64,000 nucleotides of DNA, from assembly GCA_046295655.1 (NCBI GenBank), contig JBKBMT010000002.1:57139-121138 (forward strand), in the 5' to 3' direction. Position numbers and translations under genes: made by a program. The notes under the pieces are model-generated. The model searched no databases and was not told where the DNA came from. It saw only the letters and a program-made list of their open reading frames with translations. The stretch comes from Gemmobacter sp. (GTDB lineage Bacteria > Pseudomonadota > Alphaproteobacteria > Rhodobacterales > Rhodobacteraceae). Positions 1-11,034 of this stretch are shown one piece after another; positions within the stretch are counted from its first letter, which is position 1; each line of letters opens with the position of its first letter.

Positions 1-579
1 CACGGGAGCGGCCTCGAAGGCGAACTGGGTGACGATGGCCATGCGCGCATCGCTGCGTTCGGCAAATGCCGCCTTCCAGCGCAGCGCATCCATCACCGCC
101 CGGTCGCCGCCATCGGGGTCGATGTCGCGGTTGCCTTCGGGGTGACCGGCCACATGCAACCGTGCGAACCCGTCGAAAGCCCCGCTTTCCAGAAGCTGCA
201 TCGAACTGTGGAAGTCACCGGCCGGCTGCGAGACGCCGCCGGCAAGCACCAGCGCCTCGCGCACGTCCGCCTCGCCGCGATAGCGCGCGATCCAGTCGTC
301 CAGCATTGCCCGATCGGAGATGATCCGGGCCGGGAAATGCGGCATCGGTTCAAAGCCCTCGACCCGCAGCCGCGCCGCCGTCGCCACCATGTCCCCGATC
401 GGTGTTCCGGCGATGTGGGCGATATAGATCCGTGTGCCCCGCGGAAGGAGCGGGCGGAAATCCTCGATCGCAGCCGCCGTGCGCGGCATCACTTCGACCG
501 ACGCCCCGGCAAGGAAGCCGGCCAGGGGTGCCGTCGGTGCGGGGGCGGCCTGTCGGCGGCGGAACGGTAGCAGGGCCAT
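1..579 (-). CDS. MetF-like methylenetetrahydrofolate reductase family protein, N-terminal part only (gene runs off the left edge)
   Basis: Absent from the ORF track because it has no in-window stop. My reverse-complement translation from ATG (579-577) reads MALLPFRRRQAAPAPTAPLAGFLAGASVEVMPRTAAAIEDFRPLLPRGTRIYIAHIAGTPIGDMVATAARLRVEGFEPMPHFPARII...LHVAGHPEGNRDID, which looks MetF-like. Confidence 0.7.
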   Translation of the reverse strand, partial: MALLPFRRRQAAPAPTAPLAGFLAGASVEVMPRTAAAIEDFRPLLPRGTRIYIAHIAGTPIGDMVATAARLRVEGFEPMPHFPARIISDRAMLDDWIARYRGEADVREALVLAGGVSQPAGDFHSSMQLLESGAFDGFARLHVAGHPEGNRDIDPDGGDRAVMDALRWKAAFAERSDARMAIVTQFAFEAAPV

Positions 580-608
580 CAGGATCTCCCAGTATCTGGC
601 GGTCCGGG

Positions 609-905
609 TCACGCCCAGCCGTCGTTTTCGATAAGCCGGCGGAGTCGCGCGGCGTCGTATTCTGCCTCGATCCGAGCGGCCTCGGCCCGCGCGGCCTCGG
701 TCGGATCTCCCTCGCAGCTGCCGGCCGGCGTCTTGCGCCACTCGGCCAGATAGGCGTCGGTGTCCCGCGCCCCGACCTTCATTGCACAGCGGTCGATCGC
801 CTGCTCGAAGCGCTCGCTCAGCGCGGCACGCGCGGCGCGCCGACCCGAGCCCACCAGAACCTGGGCCGGAATGTCGCGCCAGCTGAGAATGGTGACTTCG
901 GGCAT
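609..905 (-). CDS. small 'virulence factor' domain protein, commonly paired with MetF-like reductases
   Basis: ORF 609..1157 trimmed to ATG at 905 (MPEVTILSWRDIPAQVLV...). The upstream extension is Arg/Pro-rich and looks non-coding. Sits 29 nt upstream of the MetF-like gene on the same strand. Confidence 0.65.
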   Translation of the reverse strand: MPEVTILSWRDIPAQVLVGSGRRAARAALSERFEQAIDRCAMKVGARDTDAYLAEWRKTPAGSCEGDPTEAARAEAARIEAEYDAARLRRLIENDGWA

Positions 906-1177
906 GCCTCGATCCTCGGATCCCCTTCCAATACGCGCCGGGTCCCTCCGGCTGATGCCGGATTTCGACCTGTGGCGCACCGTTGGCGACTTGGCGCGAA
1001 GCTTAGCCCGATGCACCGCCCGCAGCCACGGCCGGCGGCACGAATTCTGCTCATGATGTTGTTGAGGCACCTTCGGGGATACGGCCGGAACCGGCGCAGC
1101 CGATCGGCGGTGTTGCGTTCTTGCGCGAGCCGGACTCGACGGATAGAGTTGGATCAACTCGAAATCGGAGGGCGGAT

Positions 1178-2311
1178 ATGACGCCCGAGCGTCCCGAGGG
1201 TGCGGACGCGGCCCGGATCGTTACTGACGCGTCCAGCGACGCGCCGCCGGTCGATACGTCCGGCACCCGAAACAGAGGATCGACACGGCTTTACGCCGCG
1301 CTCGATCTCGGTACGAACTCGTGCCGCATGCTGATCGCCCGTCCGCGCGGCGCTCAGTTCCTTGTGGTGGACAGCTTCTCGAAATCGGTGCAGCTGGGGG
1401 CGGGGCTGGAAACCTCTGGCCGCCTGAGCCGCGCCTCGATGGGCCGCACGGTGCAGGCGCTTCACATCTGCCGGCGCAAGCTGGAGCAGCACGGTGTGCA
1501 GCGCATGCGCCTCGTCGCGACCGAGGCCTGCCGGCGCGCAGCCAATGCGCGTGACTTCATCCGCCAGGTCCGTCGCGAGACCGGTCTCAGCCTCGAGATC
1601 ATTCCTCCCGAGGAAGAGGCGCGGCTTGCGGTCATATCCTGCGCGCCGCTGGTCGAGTCGCGTACCGATCAGCTTCTGGTCGTCGATATCGGCGGCGGTT
1701 CGACCGAACTTGTCTGGATGAACCTGTCCGAGGTGGACCCCGCGGATCGGGCGCGCGCGGTGATGCGATTCCGCACCGGGCTGCGCAGCAGGCCCGTTCG
1801 CGGCGAGCCGCATGTCGTCGACTGGATCTCGGTCCCCCTCGGGGTGGCGACCCTGCGCGAGCAGTTCGCCGATGTCGAGGACGACGCCGCCCGGTTCGCG
1901 CTGATGAGCTGGTTCTTCGAGGAACAGCTCGAGAATTTCTCGCCCTACAGCGCCGGAAGCCCGCGCGAGGGCTTCCAGATCATCGGCACGTCCGGCACCA
2001 TCACCACCGTCGCGGCCTCCTATCTGGGGCTGCGCCGGTACGACCGGGCCAAGGTCGACGGCTTGCGCATGACCTCGGAACAGATCGACAGGGTCATTCG
2101 CGAATACCTGTCGCTGGGACCCGACGGACGCCGCACCGATCCGCGCATAGGCCGGGACCGGCATGCGCTGATCATGTCCGGCGCTGCGATCCTTCAGGCG
2201 CTGATGCGCATCTGGCCGACCGACCGGCTTTCGGTCGCCGATCGCGGCCTGCGCGAGGGCCTGCTCTATGCCCAGATGAGCGCCGATGGCGCGCTGGAGG
2301 ATTCGGCGTGA
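1178..2311 (+). CDS. Ppx/GppA family phosphatase (exopolyphosphatase / guanosine pentaphosphate phosphohydrolase-like)
   Basis: ORF 1121..2311 trimmed to ATG 1178, with GGAG 8-11 nt upstream. [14 protein letters not shown] and [11 protein letters not shown] are actin-fold ATPase motifs typical of Ppx/GppA. Confidence 0.85.
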   Translation: MTPERPEGADAARIVTDASSDAPPVDTSGTRNRGSTRLYAALDLGTNSCRMLIARPRGAQFLVVDSFSKSVQLGAGLETSGRLSRASMGRTVQALHICRRKLEQHGVQRMRLVATEACRRAANARDFIRQVRRETGLSLEIIPPEEEARLAVISCAPLVESRTDQLLVVDIGGGSTELVWMNLSEVDPADRARAVMRFRTGLRSRPVRGEPHVVDWISVPLGVATLREQFADVEDDAARFALMSWFFEEQLENFSPYSAGSPREGFQIIGTSGTITTVAASYLGLRRYDRAKVDGLRMTSEQIDRVIREYLSLGPDGRRTDPRIGRDRHALIMSGAAILQALMRIWPTDRLSVADRGLREGLLYAQMSADGALEDSA

Positions 2312-3054
2312 GCGGAGCAAAGGGGAGTAGCGGCCGAGGTCAGCGCGAATTGAGGGTCAGGATCAGGACGGCCAAGGGGCGCAAGCTGTCCTCGACCCGC
2401 TGGCTGGAACGGCAACTGAACGATCCCTACGTCATCCGTGCCCGAAAGGAAGGCTTCCGCGGCCGCGCGGCCTTCAAGATCATGGAACTCGACGACCGGT
2501 TCGGTTTTCTTGTCCCAGGCGCGCGGGTGGTCGATCTGGGCTGCGCCCCCGGGGGCTGGACTCAGGTTGCGGTGGCGCGCGTCAATGCCCTGGGCGACCG
2601 GCCGGGCAGGCCGCAGGGCCGGGTACTTGCCGTCGATCTGCAGGAGGTCGCGCCGATTGCGGGGGCCGAGATCCATCGCCTCGATTTCATGGAGGACGGC
2701 GCCGAGGAGAAGGTGAAGGCATGGCTCGGCGGCAAGGCCGATGTGGTGATGTCCGACATGGCGCCGGCCGCCTCGGGGCACAAGGGCACCGATCACCTGC
2801 GCATCGTCGCGCTGTGCGAGGCGGCCGCCGAATTCGCCTTCGACGTCCTGGAGGATGGCGGCACCTTTGTTGCAAAAGTGTTGGCCGGTGGCGCCGAGAA
2901 CGCGTTGCAGGCGACCTTGAAGCGGAATTTCCGCAAGGTCGCCAACGTCAAACCACCGGCCAGCAGGGCCGACAGTTCCGAGAAGTTCGTCATTGCCCAG
3001 GGCTTCCGCGGGCGCTGGCAGGACGTTCGCGATGCCGCCGGGGAGACGGGCTGA
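2308..3054 (+). CDS. rlmE: 23S rRNA (uridine-2'-O)-methyltransferase RlmE/FtsJ
   Basis: GTG 2308 overlaps the ppx stop (GTGA). [38 protein letters not shown] and DVVMSDMAP match the RlmE layout. Confidence 0.9.
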   Translation: MSGAKGSSGRGQRELRVRIRTAKGRKLSSTRWLERQLNDPYVIRARKEGFRGRAAFKIMELDDRFGFLVPGARVVDLGCAPGGWTQVAVARVNALGDRPGRPQGRVLAVDLQEVAPIAGAEIHRLDFMEDGAEEKVKAWLGGKADVVMSDMAPAASGHKGTDHLRIVALCEAAAEFAFDVLEDGGTFVAKVLAGGAENALQATLKRNFRKVANVKPPASRADSSEKFVIAQGFRGRWQDVRDAAGETG

Positions 3055-3056
3055 GA

Positions 3057-3896
3057 TCAGGCGGCGACCGCTCCGAAGGCGCTGCGCACCGCCGCCTCGC
3101 AATGGGCCGCAAGTTCCTTCCGGCCGGGGAAGTCCGACACCTTGACCGGCGGATGGAACACCACCTCGACAGATCCCTGACGCGGCGCGGCCAGAAGCTT
3201 CAGCAGATGAGGGCCGAATTCCATGTCGCCCCACCAGCCGTAGAATCGCGGATCCTCGCCTTCGGGGGCCCGGTAGATCACGCTGACCGGCTGGACATGC
3301 AGGATCCGGTCGAGCCCGTCGGCGAAGAAGGCGGCAAAGAGCGTCGATTTGAACGGCAGCACCCGCAACCCGTCCGTCGATGTCCCCTCGGGAAAGAACA
3401 GCAGCTTGTGCCCCGCCCGGAGCCGTGCCTCGAACAGATTCTTCTGCGCCATCGCATCCGACCCCTTGCGCCGGATGAATACAGTGCCGGTTGCCCGGGC
3501 GAGCCAGCCGATACCCGGCCAACCCGCGACCTCGGCCTTGGACACGAAGTAGATCCGCTGCGGCGCGTTCAGGGTGAAGATGTCCAGCCAGCTTGCGTGA
3601 TTGGCGACCACCGCGCCCTTCAGCCGCATCGGCCTGCCACGGGTGACGAACCGGATGCCCAGGATCACGAAGGCCGATCGGCAGACGAACTGCGTGATCC
3701 ATGGTGTCACCGGGCGCTGCAACCCGAACAGCGGCCGCTCGACCAGCCGCATGAGCAGCAGCAGGACAAGGCAACCATATGTCACGGCAGCCAGCGCCCC
3801 GCCCCGCAGTCCTGCCCGGACCCAGCCCATGGGCGTGATCCGCGCGGGCGGAGAGGGTTCGGCCCCGTTCCAGAGCGGCCCGTCCGGGCGGCTCAC
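3057..3896 (-). CDS. olsA: lyso-ornithine lipid O-acyltransferase (PlsC-family acyltransferase)
   Basis: NHASWLDI (HX4D) and FFPEGTSTDG acyltransferase motifs, with an N-terminal TM segment. Immediately downstream of olsB. Start taken as GTG 3896 overlapping the olsB stop (GTGA); ATG 3830 is an alternative. Confidence 0.75.
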   Translation of the reverse strand: MSRPDGPLWNGAEPSPPARITPMGWVRAGLRGGALAAVTYGCLVLLLLMRLVERPLFGLQRPVTPWITQFVCRSAFVILGIRFVTRGRPMRLKGAVVANHASWLDIFTLNAPQRIYFVSKAEVAGWPGIGWLARATGTVFIRRKGSDAMAQKNLFEARLRAGHKLLFFPEGTSTDGLRVLPFKSTLFAAFFADGLDRILHVQPVSVIYRAPEGEDPRFYGWWGDMEFGPHLLKLLAAPRQGSVEVVFHPPVKVSDFPGRKELAAHCEAAVRSAFGAVAA

Positions 3897-4678
3897 GCAG
3901 GCCCCCCCTTCTTGCGGACGTAGAATTCGCGGTGCTTGACCGACATGCGGCCGGTGTCCATCAGCAGGCAGACGTCGGTGGTATTGAAGGCATGATCGAT
4001 CCACGCGCCCTCTCCCACGAACCCGCCCAGCCGCAGATAGGCCTTGATGAGCGCCGGCGTCGCCGCCATTGCCGCCCGGCGGTCAAGCTGGTCGGCCGGC
4101 ACCAGATCCATCGCCTGATAGCTCTCGGGCCGCGCGCGCACACGGATGTCCGACGGGGCGAGGTGATGGTGATGGAGCCAGGCAAGCGGCATCCGCAACG
4201 GCTCCGGATCGGTTCCGTGAAAGGACGCGACACCGAAGAGAATCTCGATCTTCCGGTCGAGGACATAGTCGGCAAGGGCATTCCAAAGATGGAACATCGC
4301 GGTGCCGCCCCGGTAGTCCCGATGCACGCAGGACCGTCCGAGTTCCAGCAGCCGCCGGCCGGTGGCCTTGAGCGGCGAGAGGTCGTATTCGCCTTCGGAA
4401 TAGTAGCGCCCGATCGCTGCCGCCCTGTCCCAGGGCAGCAGCCGGTAGACGCCGACCACATCGTCCAGCGCCGCCGCGTCGCGGCGGCGGTCGATCAGCA
4501 GCAGATGGTCGAAATGGGGGTCGAATTCGTCCCGCTCGAGCCGCTCCGCATGGTCGACAAGCGGTCCGTCGCCGCCCAGTTCCGAAACGAAGACCTCGTA
4601 ACGAAGCCGCTGCGCTGCTCGCAGGTCGCGGTCATCCCGCGCAAGTCGCAGGGTCAGATGCGGTTCTTCCGGCAGCAT
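3893..4678 (-). CDS. olsB: ornithine lipid N-acyltransferase (GNAT/hemolysin-like)
   Basis: ORF 3893..4864 trimmed to ATG 4678 (MLPEEPHLTLRLARDDRDLRAAQRLRYEVFVSELGG...). GVYRLLP and LELGRSCVHRDYRGG resemble OlsB. The olsB-olsA order matches known operons. Confidence 0.8.
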   Translation of the reverse strand: MLPEEPHLTLRLARDDRDLRAAQRLRYEVFVSELGGDGPLVDHAERLERDEFDPHFDHLLLIDRRRDAAALDDVVGVYRLLPWDRAAAIGRYYSEGEYDLSPLKATGRRLLELGRSCVHRDYRGGTAMFHLWNALADYVLDRKIEILFGVASFHGTDPEPLRMPLAWLHHHHLAPSDIRVRARPESYQAMDLVPADQLDRRAAMAATPALIKAYLRLGGFVGEGAWIDHAFNTTDVCLLMDTGRMSVKHREFYVRKKGGPA

Positions 4679-4941
4679 TGGGCCAACACCCTCCCAAGGT
4701 GAGCGGTGTTTACCAGCCGCGGCCCGAAAGGCAACCGGATCGCGGCGGCCGAACCGCCGGGTCTCCGAAAGATCGGAGCGGCCTCCGCAGCGTTTCGTCC
4801 CCGCCGACGACGCGCCGGGTTGCCTCGAGGACGGGCCGATTGGTCCAACTTGACCAAAGGTCACGGTTTCAGGCGCAACAACTCGCCGGATCGTCGCCGA
4901 TTTCTCGCCGTGTCATCGGATTGGCGCGGTGCCCGTGATGC

Positions 4942-7113
4942 TCACGACCCACGGTGCCCAAGGCGCAGTGCCTTGGCTTCCTGCCGGCGGGCATGCAGAA
5001 CCGGCTCGGTATAGCCCGACGGCTGCTTCCGGCCGCTGAACACGAGATCGCAGGCGGCGCGGAAGGCAGGCCCGTCGAAGCCCGGCGCCATGGGGCGATA
5101 GGCGGGATCGCCTGCGTTCTGACGGTCCACCACCGCGGCCATGCGGCGCATCGCGGCCATCACGAAGGCGTCGGACACCACACCGTGGTGCAGCCAGTTG
5201 GCCAGCACCTGCGAAGAGATCCGGCAGGTCGCGCGATCCTCCATCAGGCCGACGTCGTGGATGTCGGGCACCTTGGAGCAGCCGATACCCTGGTCCACCC
5301 AGCGCACGACATAGCCGAGGATACCCTGCGCGTTGTTCTCGACCTCCTCGCGCAGCTCCTGCTCCGACCAGTTGCGGCCCTCGGCCAGCGGGATCGTCAG
5401 CAGATCCTCCAGCCGCCCGCGCGGCCCCCCGGCGGCGATCTCGGACTGGCGGGCGTGGACGTCCACGCGGTGATAATGCGTGGCGTGCAGCGTCGCGGCG
5501 GTGGGGCTGGGCACCCAGGCGCAGGAGGCGCCGGCTTCGGGATGGGCGATCTTCTGCTCGAGCATCGCCGCCATGAGATCCGGCGCGGCCCACATCCCCT
5601 TGCCGATCTGCGCCCGTCCGCGCAAGCCGCAGGCCAGACCGATGTCCACGTTTCGGTCCTCGTAGGCGCGGATCCAGGGCGTGGACTTCATCTCGCCCTT
5701 GCGACGCATCGGCCCGGCCTCCATCGACGTGTGGATCTCGTCGCCGGTGCGGTCGAGGAAGCCGGTGTTGATGAAGGCGAGCCGCGCCTTCGCCGCCCGG
5801 ATGCATTCCTTGAGGTTGACCGAGGTGCGCCGTTCCTCGTCCATGATCCCGAGCTTCACGGTATTGCGCGCCAGCCCCAGCGTATCCTCGACCAGGTCGA
5901 AGACCCGACAGGCGAACTCGACCTCGGCCGGGCCGTGCATCTTTGGCTTCACCACATAGACCGAGCCATGCACCGAGTTCCGGGGACCGTCCGCGCGGCG
6001 CAGATCGTGCAGGGCGCAGAGCGTCGTGACGAAGGCATCCATGATTCCCTCGGGCACCTCGGCGCCGTCACGGTCGAGGATCGCGGGGCTGGTCATCAGG
6101 TGGCCGACGTTGCGCACCAGCATCAGGGCTCGGCCTTTCAGCACCAGCTGCCCGCCGTCGCGCGCGGTGAAGTGCAGATCCTCGGCCAGCACCCTGCGGA
6201 AGCTGCGGCCGCCCTTCTCCACCGTCTCGGCCAGGTCGCCGCGCATCAGGCCAAGCCAGTTGGAATAGGCCAGAACCTTGTCCTCGGCGTCGACGCACGC
6301 GACCGAATCCTCGCAATCCATGATCGCCGACAGCGCCGATTCCAGACGTATGTCGGAAATCCCGGCCCGGTCCTGCGCGCCGATGCGGCTGGTCCGGTCG
6401 ATGTCGAGGATCAGGTGCAGACCGTTGTTGCGCAGCACGATTGCGGTCGGCGCATCGGCGGATCCGGCGTATCCGGCAAGACGGCCAGGGTCGGCCAGCG
6501 CCGGAACCAGCTGGCCGTCCTGCAGGCTGTAGCGCTCCACATCCGCATGGCTTCCCGCCGCCAGGGGCGCCACGGAATCCAGAAACGCCCGCCCCCAGGC
6601 GATGACCCGCGCGCCGCGTTCGGGATCATACCCACCCTCCGGCGGTGGATCACCCAGCGCGTCGGTCCCGTAGAGCGCGTCGTAAAGCGAGCCCCAGCGC
6701 GCATTCGCGGCGTTGAGCGCGTAGCGCGCATTGGTGATCGGCACGACGAGCTGCGGCCCCGCGACGGCGGCAATCTCGGGGTCGGTCCCGACGGTCTCGA
6801 CCTCGAAGTCCGGACCATCGGGCAGCAGATAGCCGATCCGCACCAGGAAGTCGCGATAGGCTGCCGCGTCATGGGCCTGACCGCGCCGGGCGCGGTGCCA
6901 GTCGTCGATTTCGGTCTGAAAGCGTGTGCGTGCGGCCAGAAGGGCGCGGTTCTCCGGTCCGAGTTCGTGCAGGACCTTCGCCAGCCCCGCCCAGAACGGC
7001 CCGGGGTCCACCCCGCTCCCCGGAAGCGCCCGGCCCTCGACAAAGGCAGCAAGCTGCGCGTCAACCGCCAGTCCGGCGCGTTCCACCCGTCCACCCATCG
7101 CATCCTCCGGCAT
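4942..7113 (-). CDS. glcB: malate synthase G
   Basis: 723-aa ORF with full-length GlcB-like sequence ([18 protein letters not shown]..., [15 protein letters not shown]..., [17 protein letters not shown]). Confidence 0.95.
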   Translation of the reverse strand: MPEDAMGGRVERAGLAVDAQLAAFVEGRALPGSGVDPGPFWAGLAKVLHELGPENRALLAARTRFQTEIDDWHRARRGQAHDAAAYRDFLVRIGYLLPDGPDFEVETVGTDPEIAAVAGPQLVVPITNARYALNAANARWGSLYDALYGTDALGDPPPEGGYDPERGARVIAWGRAFLDSVAPLAAGSHADVERYSLQDGQLVPALADPGRLAGYAGSADAPTAIVLRNNGLHLILDIDRTSRIGAQDRAGISDIRLESALSAIMDCEDSVACVDAEDKVLAYSNWLGLMRGDLAETVEKGGRSFRRVLAEDLHFTARDGGQLVLKGRALMLVRNVGHLMTSPAILDRDGAEVPEGIMDAFVTTLCALHDLRRADGPRNSVHGSVYVVKPKMHGPAEVEFACRVFDLVEDTLGLARNTVKLGIMDEERRTSVNLKECIRAAKARLAFINTGFLDRTGDEIHTSMEAGPMRRKGEMKSTPWIRAYEDRNVDIGLACGLRGRAQIGKGMWAAPDLMAAMLEQKIAHPEAGASCAWVPSPTAATLHATHYHRVDVHARQSEIAAGGPRGRLEDLLTIPLAEGRNWSEQELREEVENNAQGILGYVVRWVDQGIGCSKVPDIHDVGLMEDRATCRISSQVLANWLHHGVVSDAFVMAAMRRMAAVVDRQNAGDPAYRPMAPGFDGPAFRAACDLVFSGRKQPSGYTEPVLHARRQEAKALRLGHRGS

Positions 7114-7164
7114 ACCGCCGCATACGATTAGGAAGAACCGTGGGGATAGGCAACCGCCGCACCG

Positions 7165-7335
7165 TCACTGGCGCGGATTTGCGTCGGCCCGGGGTGGGCG
7201 GGCGTTCCGGCACCGGTCGGAACAGTAGCGGACACGGCTCCACTCACGCGCCCACCTCCTTCGCCACATGAACGGGCGGCCGCAGACGGCACAGGTCTTG
7301 CGCGGTAGGTCGGCCTTGCGGATCATCCTTGCCAT
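7165..7335 (-). CDS. DUF2256-like small zinc-ribbon protein (56 aa)
   Basis: Below the ORF-track length cutoff. Hand translation gives [56 protein letters not shown]. The CxxC...CxxxC pattern matches the DUF2256 layout. Confidence 0.7.
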   Translation of the reverse strand: MARMIRKADLPRKTCAVCGRPFMWRRRWAREWSRVRYCSDRCRNARPPRADANPRQ

Positions 7336-7404
7336 GCTGCGCGCCTCCGTCCGCCATCAGCCCCAACTTGGCGCGACGGATCGAGCTGACAAGAATAGCC
7401 GACG

Positions 7405-7743
7405 TCAATCCTGAACCAGCGGCTCGGCCATGGTCGGGTTGGGATCCTCGCCGGGCAGGGGTTCTGCGCCCATCGCGACGGGATCGACCTCGGCATCGGC
7501 AACGGGCGGATCGCCGGCGATCGAAAGCGGTTCGATGCCGGCAGTCGGCGTCGGATCTGCGCGGTAGCCGACCAGCATCACCGCAAGCGCAAGCATCAGT
7601 GCGGCGGCGGCGAAGAAGGCCAACACGGGGACGATCCGGTTCGTCCCGGCGGGACGGGCGCGGACCGAGGCCGGGTTGGACAGCACGCTCCAGCGGAAGG
7701 CGGAGGGCGGGGCGGAGGGCGGAACGGGCGGAAGGATGGGCAT
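7405..7743 (-). CDS. hypothetical single-pass membrane protein (Pro-rich N-terminus, acidic C-terminus)
   Basis: ORF 7405..7830 trimmed to ATG 7743, with GAAGG about 10 nt upstream. Has the TM segment IVPVLAFFAAAALMLALAVMLVG. No recognisable family. Confidence 0.45.
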   Translation of the reverse strand: MPILPPVPPSAPPSAFRWSVLSNPASVRARPAGTNRIVPVLAFFAAAALMLALAVMLVGYRADPTPTAGIEPLSIAGDPPVADAEVDPVAMGAEPLPGEDPNPTMAEPLVQD

Positions 7744-7862
7744 GGCTGCGGACCTTCGGTTGAGTTCTGGCTTGCCGGGGCAACGCAGATGCACCGGGTC
7801 GGTTCCACACCCTTGCGCCTCGCCCGCCATCCCCTATTCCTTGGGTCGAACCGGAGGATCGC

Positions 7863-10421
7863 ATGAGAGATGCCGCACCCCAGACCGTCCGCCTGTCGGA
7901 TTATCGCCCCTTTCCGTTCCGCATCCGCTCGGTCGATCTGACCTTCCGGCTGGATCCAAAGGCGACGCGGGTGCTGTCGCGCATCGTGTTCGAACCGCGC
8001 GAGCCGGGGTCCGACCTGCGGCTTGACGGCGAGGGGCCGCGGCTCTTGCGTGCTGCGGTCGAGGGACGGGCGGTTTCGGTGAACCCGGACGACAACGGCC
8101 TGACCATTCCGGCCCGCCTGCTGCCCGACGATGCCTTCACCCTCGAGACCGAGGTGGAGATCGACCCATCCGCGAACACTGCGCTGGAAGGGCTCTACCT
8201 GTCGCGCGGGATGTTCTGCACCCAGTGCGAGGCCGAGGGTTTCCGGCGGATCACCTTCTACCCCGACCGGCCGGATGTCATGGCGCCCTTTGCGGTGCGG
8301 ATCGAAAGCGACCTGCCGGTGATGCTGTCGAACGGGAACCCGGTGGCTCGGGGGCCCGGCTGGGCAGAGTGGCGCGACCCCTGGCCGAAACCGGCCTATC
8401 TGTTCGCACTCGTGGCCGGCGATCTGCGCGCGGTCTCGGACCGGTTCGTGACCCGATCCGGCCGGCCGGTCGATCTGAACGTCTGGGTGCGGCCGGGCGA
8501 CCAGGGGCGCTGCGACTGGGCGCTGCAATCGCTGGTGCGGGCGATGCGCTGGGACGAGGATGCCTATGGCCGCGAATACGACCTCGACGTGTTCAACATC
8601 GTCGCGGTGGACGATTTCAACATGGGAGCTATGGAAAACAAGGGGTTGAACATCTTCAACTCCCGCTACGTCCTCGCCAGCCCCATGACGGCCACCGACG
8701 ACGATTTCGCACGGATCGAGGCGATCGTCGCGCATGAGTATTTCCACAACTGGACCGGCAATCGCATCACCTGCCGCGACTGGTTCCAGCTCTGCCTGAA
8801 GGAGGGGTTGACGGTGTTCCGCGATCAGCAGTTCACCGGCGACATGCGCAGCCACGCGGTGAAGCGGATCGAGGACGTTCTGGTGCTGCGCGCGCGGCAG
8901 TTCCGCGAGGATGCGGGGCCGCTCGCCCACCCGGTCCGGCCCGAGAGCTTTGTCGAGATCAACAACTTCTACACAGCCACGGTCTACGAAAAGGGGGCCG
9001 AGATCGTTGGCATGCTGCGCCGCCTCGTCGGCACCGAAGGATATGACCGCGCGCTCGCCCTGTTCTTCGACCGCCACGACGGACAGGCGATCACCGTCGA
9101 GGACTGGCTGCGCTGCTTCGAGGATGCGACCGGGCGCGACCTGTCGCAGTTCGCGCGGTGGTATGCGCAGTCAGGCACGCCCCGACTGCGGGTCGAGGAG
9201 GACTGGGACGGCGCGACCTATCGGCTGACCCTGTCGCAGCACACACCACCCACCCCCGACCAGCCCACGAAAGACCCGCTGCACATCCCGGTTGCCGTAG
9301 GGCTTCTGAACCCCGACGGGACCGAGGCCGCGCCGACGCGGCTGCTGGAACTGACCGAAGCGCGGCAGGGCTTTGCCTTCGACGGTCTGGCGGCGCGTCC
9401 GATACCCTCGATCCTGCGGGGCTTCTCGGCGCCCGTTATCGTCGAGCACGAGCGCAGCGACGCCGAACGCGCCTTCCTGCTGGCGCACGACAGCGACACC
9501 TTCAACCGGTGGGAGGCGGGCCGCGCACTGGCCAAGGCGGTGCTGACCCGGATGGTGACCGACGATGCAAGCCCGGGGCCGGAGTGGCTGTCCGCTGTCG
9601 AGGCCATGTTGCGCGACGAGAGTCTGGACCCTTCGTTCCGCGCGCTGGCGCTTCGGTTGCCGTCGGACGACGACATGGCCCAGACCCTGCACGACGCCGG
9701 CATCGTGCCGGACCCGGACCGCATTCACGCCGCGCGCCATCGCCTGGCAGGGCGTCTAGCCGCGCACCTGTCCCCGCATCTCGGCCCGATGATCGCGGTG
9801 CTGACCGTCGGCGGGCCCTACAGTCCCGACGCCCGTTCGGCCGGCCAGCGCGCCCTGCGGCTTGCGGTGCTGGGCTTGCAGACGCGGCTGGACGGCGGGC
9901 AGGCTGCGGCCACAGCTTTTGCCGCAGCAGACAACATGACCGACCAGACCGGCGCGCTGGCCTGCCTGATCGAGGCCGGAGCCGCGGGGGACGCCCTGGC
10001 GCGGTTCGAGCGGCAATGGGCCCACGACCGGCTGGTGATGGACAAGTGGTTCGGGCTCCAGATCCTGCATGCCGCGCCGGCCGATGCGGTCGGCGTCACC
10101 GAAGCGCTGACCCGGCACCCCGCCTTCGACTGGAAGAACCCGAACCGGTTCCGCGCGGTGATCGGCGCATTGAGCGCCAATCATGCGGGCTTTCACCGCG
10201 CCGACGGTAGCGGCTATCGCCTGGTCGCGAACTGGCTGATCCGGCTCGATGCGGTGAACCCGCAGACGGCAGCGCGGATGTCGACCGCCTTCGAGACCTG
10301 GCGGCGTTACGACGCAGGCCGGCAGACGCTTGCGCTGGCAGAGTTGAAGCGCATCCTGTCGACGCCTGACCTGAGCCGCGACCTGCGCGAGATGACGGAG
10401 CGCATGACCGGGGAGGCCTGA
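7863..10421 (+). CDS. pepN: aminopeptidase N (M1 family)
   Basis: GAMENKGLNIFN exopeptidase motif and HEYFHNWTGNR (HEXXH), followed by LKEGLTVF. Length is 852 aa. Confidence 0.95.
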   Translation: MRDAAPQTVRLSDYRPFPFRIRSVDLTFRLDPKATRVLSRIVFEPREPGSDLRLDGEGPRLLRAAVEGRAVSVNPDDNGLTIPARLLPDDAFTLETEVEIDPSANTALEGLYLSRGMFCTQCEAEGFRRITFYPDRPDVMAPFAVRIESDLPVMLSNGNPVARGPGWAEWRDPWPKPAYLFALVAGDLRAVSDRFVTRSGRPVDLNVWVRPGDQGRCDWALQSLVRAMRWDEDAYGREYDLDVFNIVAVDDFNMGAMENKGLNIFNSRYVLASPMTATDDDFARIEAIVAHEYFHNWTGNRITCRDWFQLCLKEGLTVFRDQQFTGDMRSHAVKRIEDVLVLRARQFREDAGPLAHPVRPESFVEINNFYTATVYEKGAEIVGMLRRLVGTEGYDRALALFFDRHDGQAITVEDWLRCFEDATGRDLSQFARWYAQSGTPRLRVEEDWDGATYRLTLSQHTPPTPDQPTKDPLHIPVAVGLLNPDGTEAAPTRLLELTEARQGFAFDGLAARPIPSILRGFSAPVIVEHERSDAERAFLLAHDSDTFNRWEAGRALAKAVLTRMVTDDASPGPEWLSAVEAMLRDESLDPSFRALALRLPSDDDMAQTLHDAGIVPDPDRIHAARHRLAGRLAAHLSPHLGPMIAVLTVGGPYSPDARSAGQRALRLAVLGLQTRLDGGQAAATAFAAADNMTDQTGALACLIEAGAAGDALARFERQWAHDRLVMDKWFGLQILHAAPADAVGVTEALTRHPAFDWKNPNRFRAVIGALSANHAGFHRADGSGYRLVANWLIRLDAVNPQTAARMSTAFETWRRYDAGRQTLALAELKRILSTPDLSRDLREMTERMTGEA

Positions 10422-10440
10422 ACGGCCGCCCGCCACATCC

Positions 10441-11034
10441 TCAGGTCTGGCAGTAGGGCTGCGAGCGCGTCCAGGCCGCCATCTCGGCGCGCTTGGCAGC
10501 GCTGCGGAAAGGCGCCCAGTCGCGGCCGAGGCCATGGCGGCCCCGCGTCCCCGCGACCATGCCGTCCTTCGGCACCTGAACAGCCGCGATCTGCACCGCA
10601 CAGACCAGATTTGCGGCCCCGTCCTTGAGCTGTTCGGGGGTCCGGGCCTCGCAGCCGTAGCCGCGGGCGGTGCGCGGGTCTATCTGCGTCAGCCCGATCC
10701 AGCGCCCGCCGCCGCCAGAAGCGCGCGGGTTCCAAGTGCTTTCGTGTTTGGCAAGGGCCGAGAAAATGCCGACCCAGAAGGCGATCCGTTCCGCTTCGGT
10801 CGCGGTATTGTAGCCCGGGCAGAACTGTTCCGCGTCGGCAAGATCGGTCTCGACCAGCGAACGGCCCTTGGTGGAGACGGCGGCGATTGCGGCGCGGGTC
10901 CAGTCCTCGGCTTCGGGGCGGTGATCCCAGCGCGTCACGGGGACGGCGGTTTCGCGGGCAGAGACATCGAGCGTACAGGCCGCAGGCGCGACAGCAAGCG
11001 CAACGGCGGCAAGACAGCGCGTCAATCCGTTCAT
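10441..11034 (-). CDS. lytic transglycosylase (SLT-domain-like) lipoprotein
   Basis: Signal/lipobox-like [31 protein letters not shown] (catalytic Glu-Ser) and GLTQI are SLT-like. Confidence 0.65.
   Translation of the reverse strand: MNGLTRCLAAVALAVAPAACTLDVSARETAVPVTRWDHRPEAEDWTRAAIAAVSTKGRSLVETDLADAEQFCPGYNTATEAERIAFWVGIFSALAKHESTWNPRASGGGGRWIGLTQIDPRTARGYGCEARTPEQLKDGAANLVCAVQIAAVQVPKDGMVAGTRGRHGLGRDWAPFRSAAKRAEMAAWTRSQPYCQT

Noticed and set aside
906-1177. 272-bp leader between the 'virulence factor'/MetF-like operon and the ppx-like gene, checked for a SAM-II or cobalamin riboswitch
   Set aside because: I found only loose fragments (an AAGCTT, and GGTCGAAATCC). There is no B12 box, no CCCGC..ACTGT core and no convincing SAM-II pseudoknot. 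It cannot be supported without a covariance-model search.
4954-7131. 725-aa plus-strand ORF spanning the whole of glcB on the opposite strand
   Set aside because: It is a shadow ORF. Its translation is Arg/Gly/Pro/His-rich low-complexity sequence with no family resemblance, and it mirrors a confidently identified gene. In GC-rich genes the antisense frame lacks stops because TTA/CTA/TCA codons are rare.
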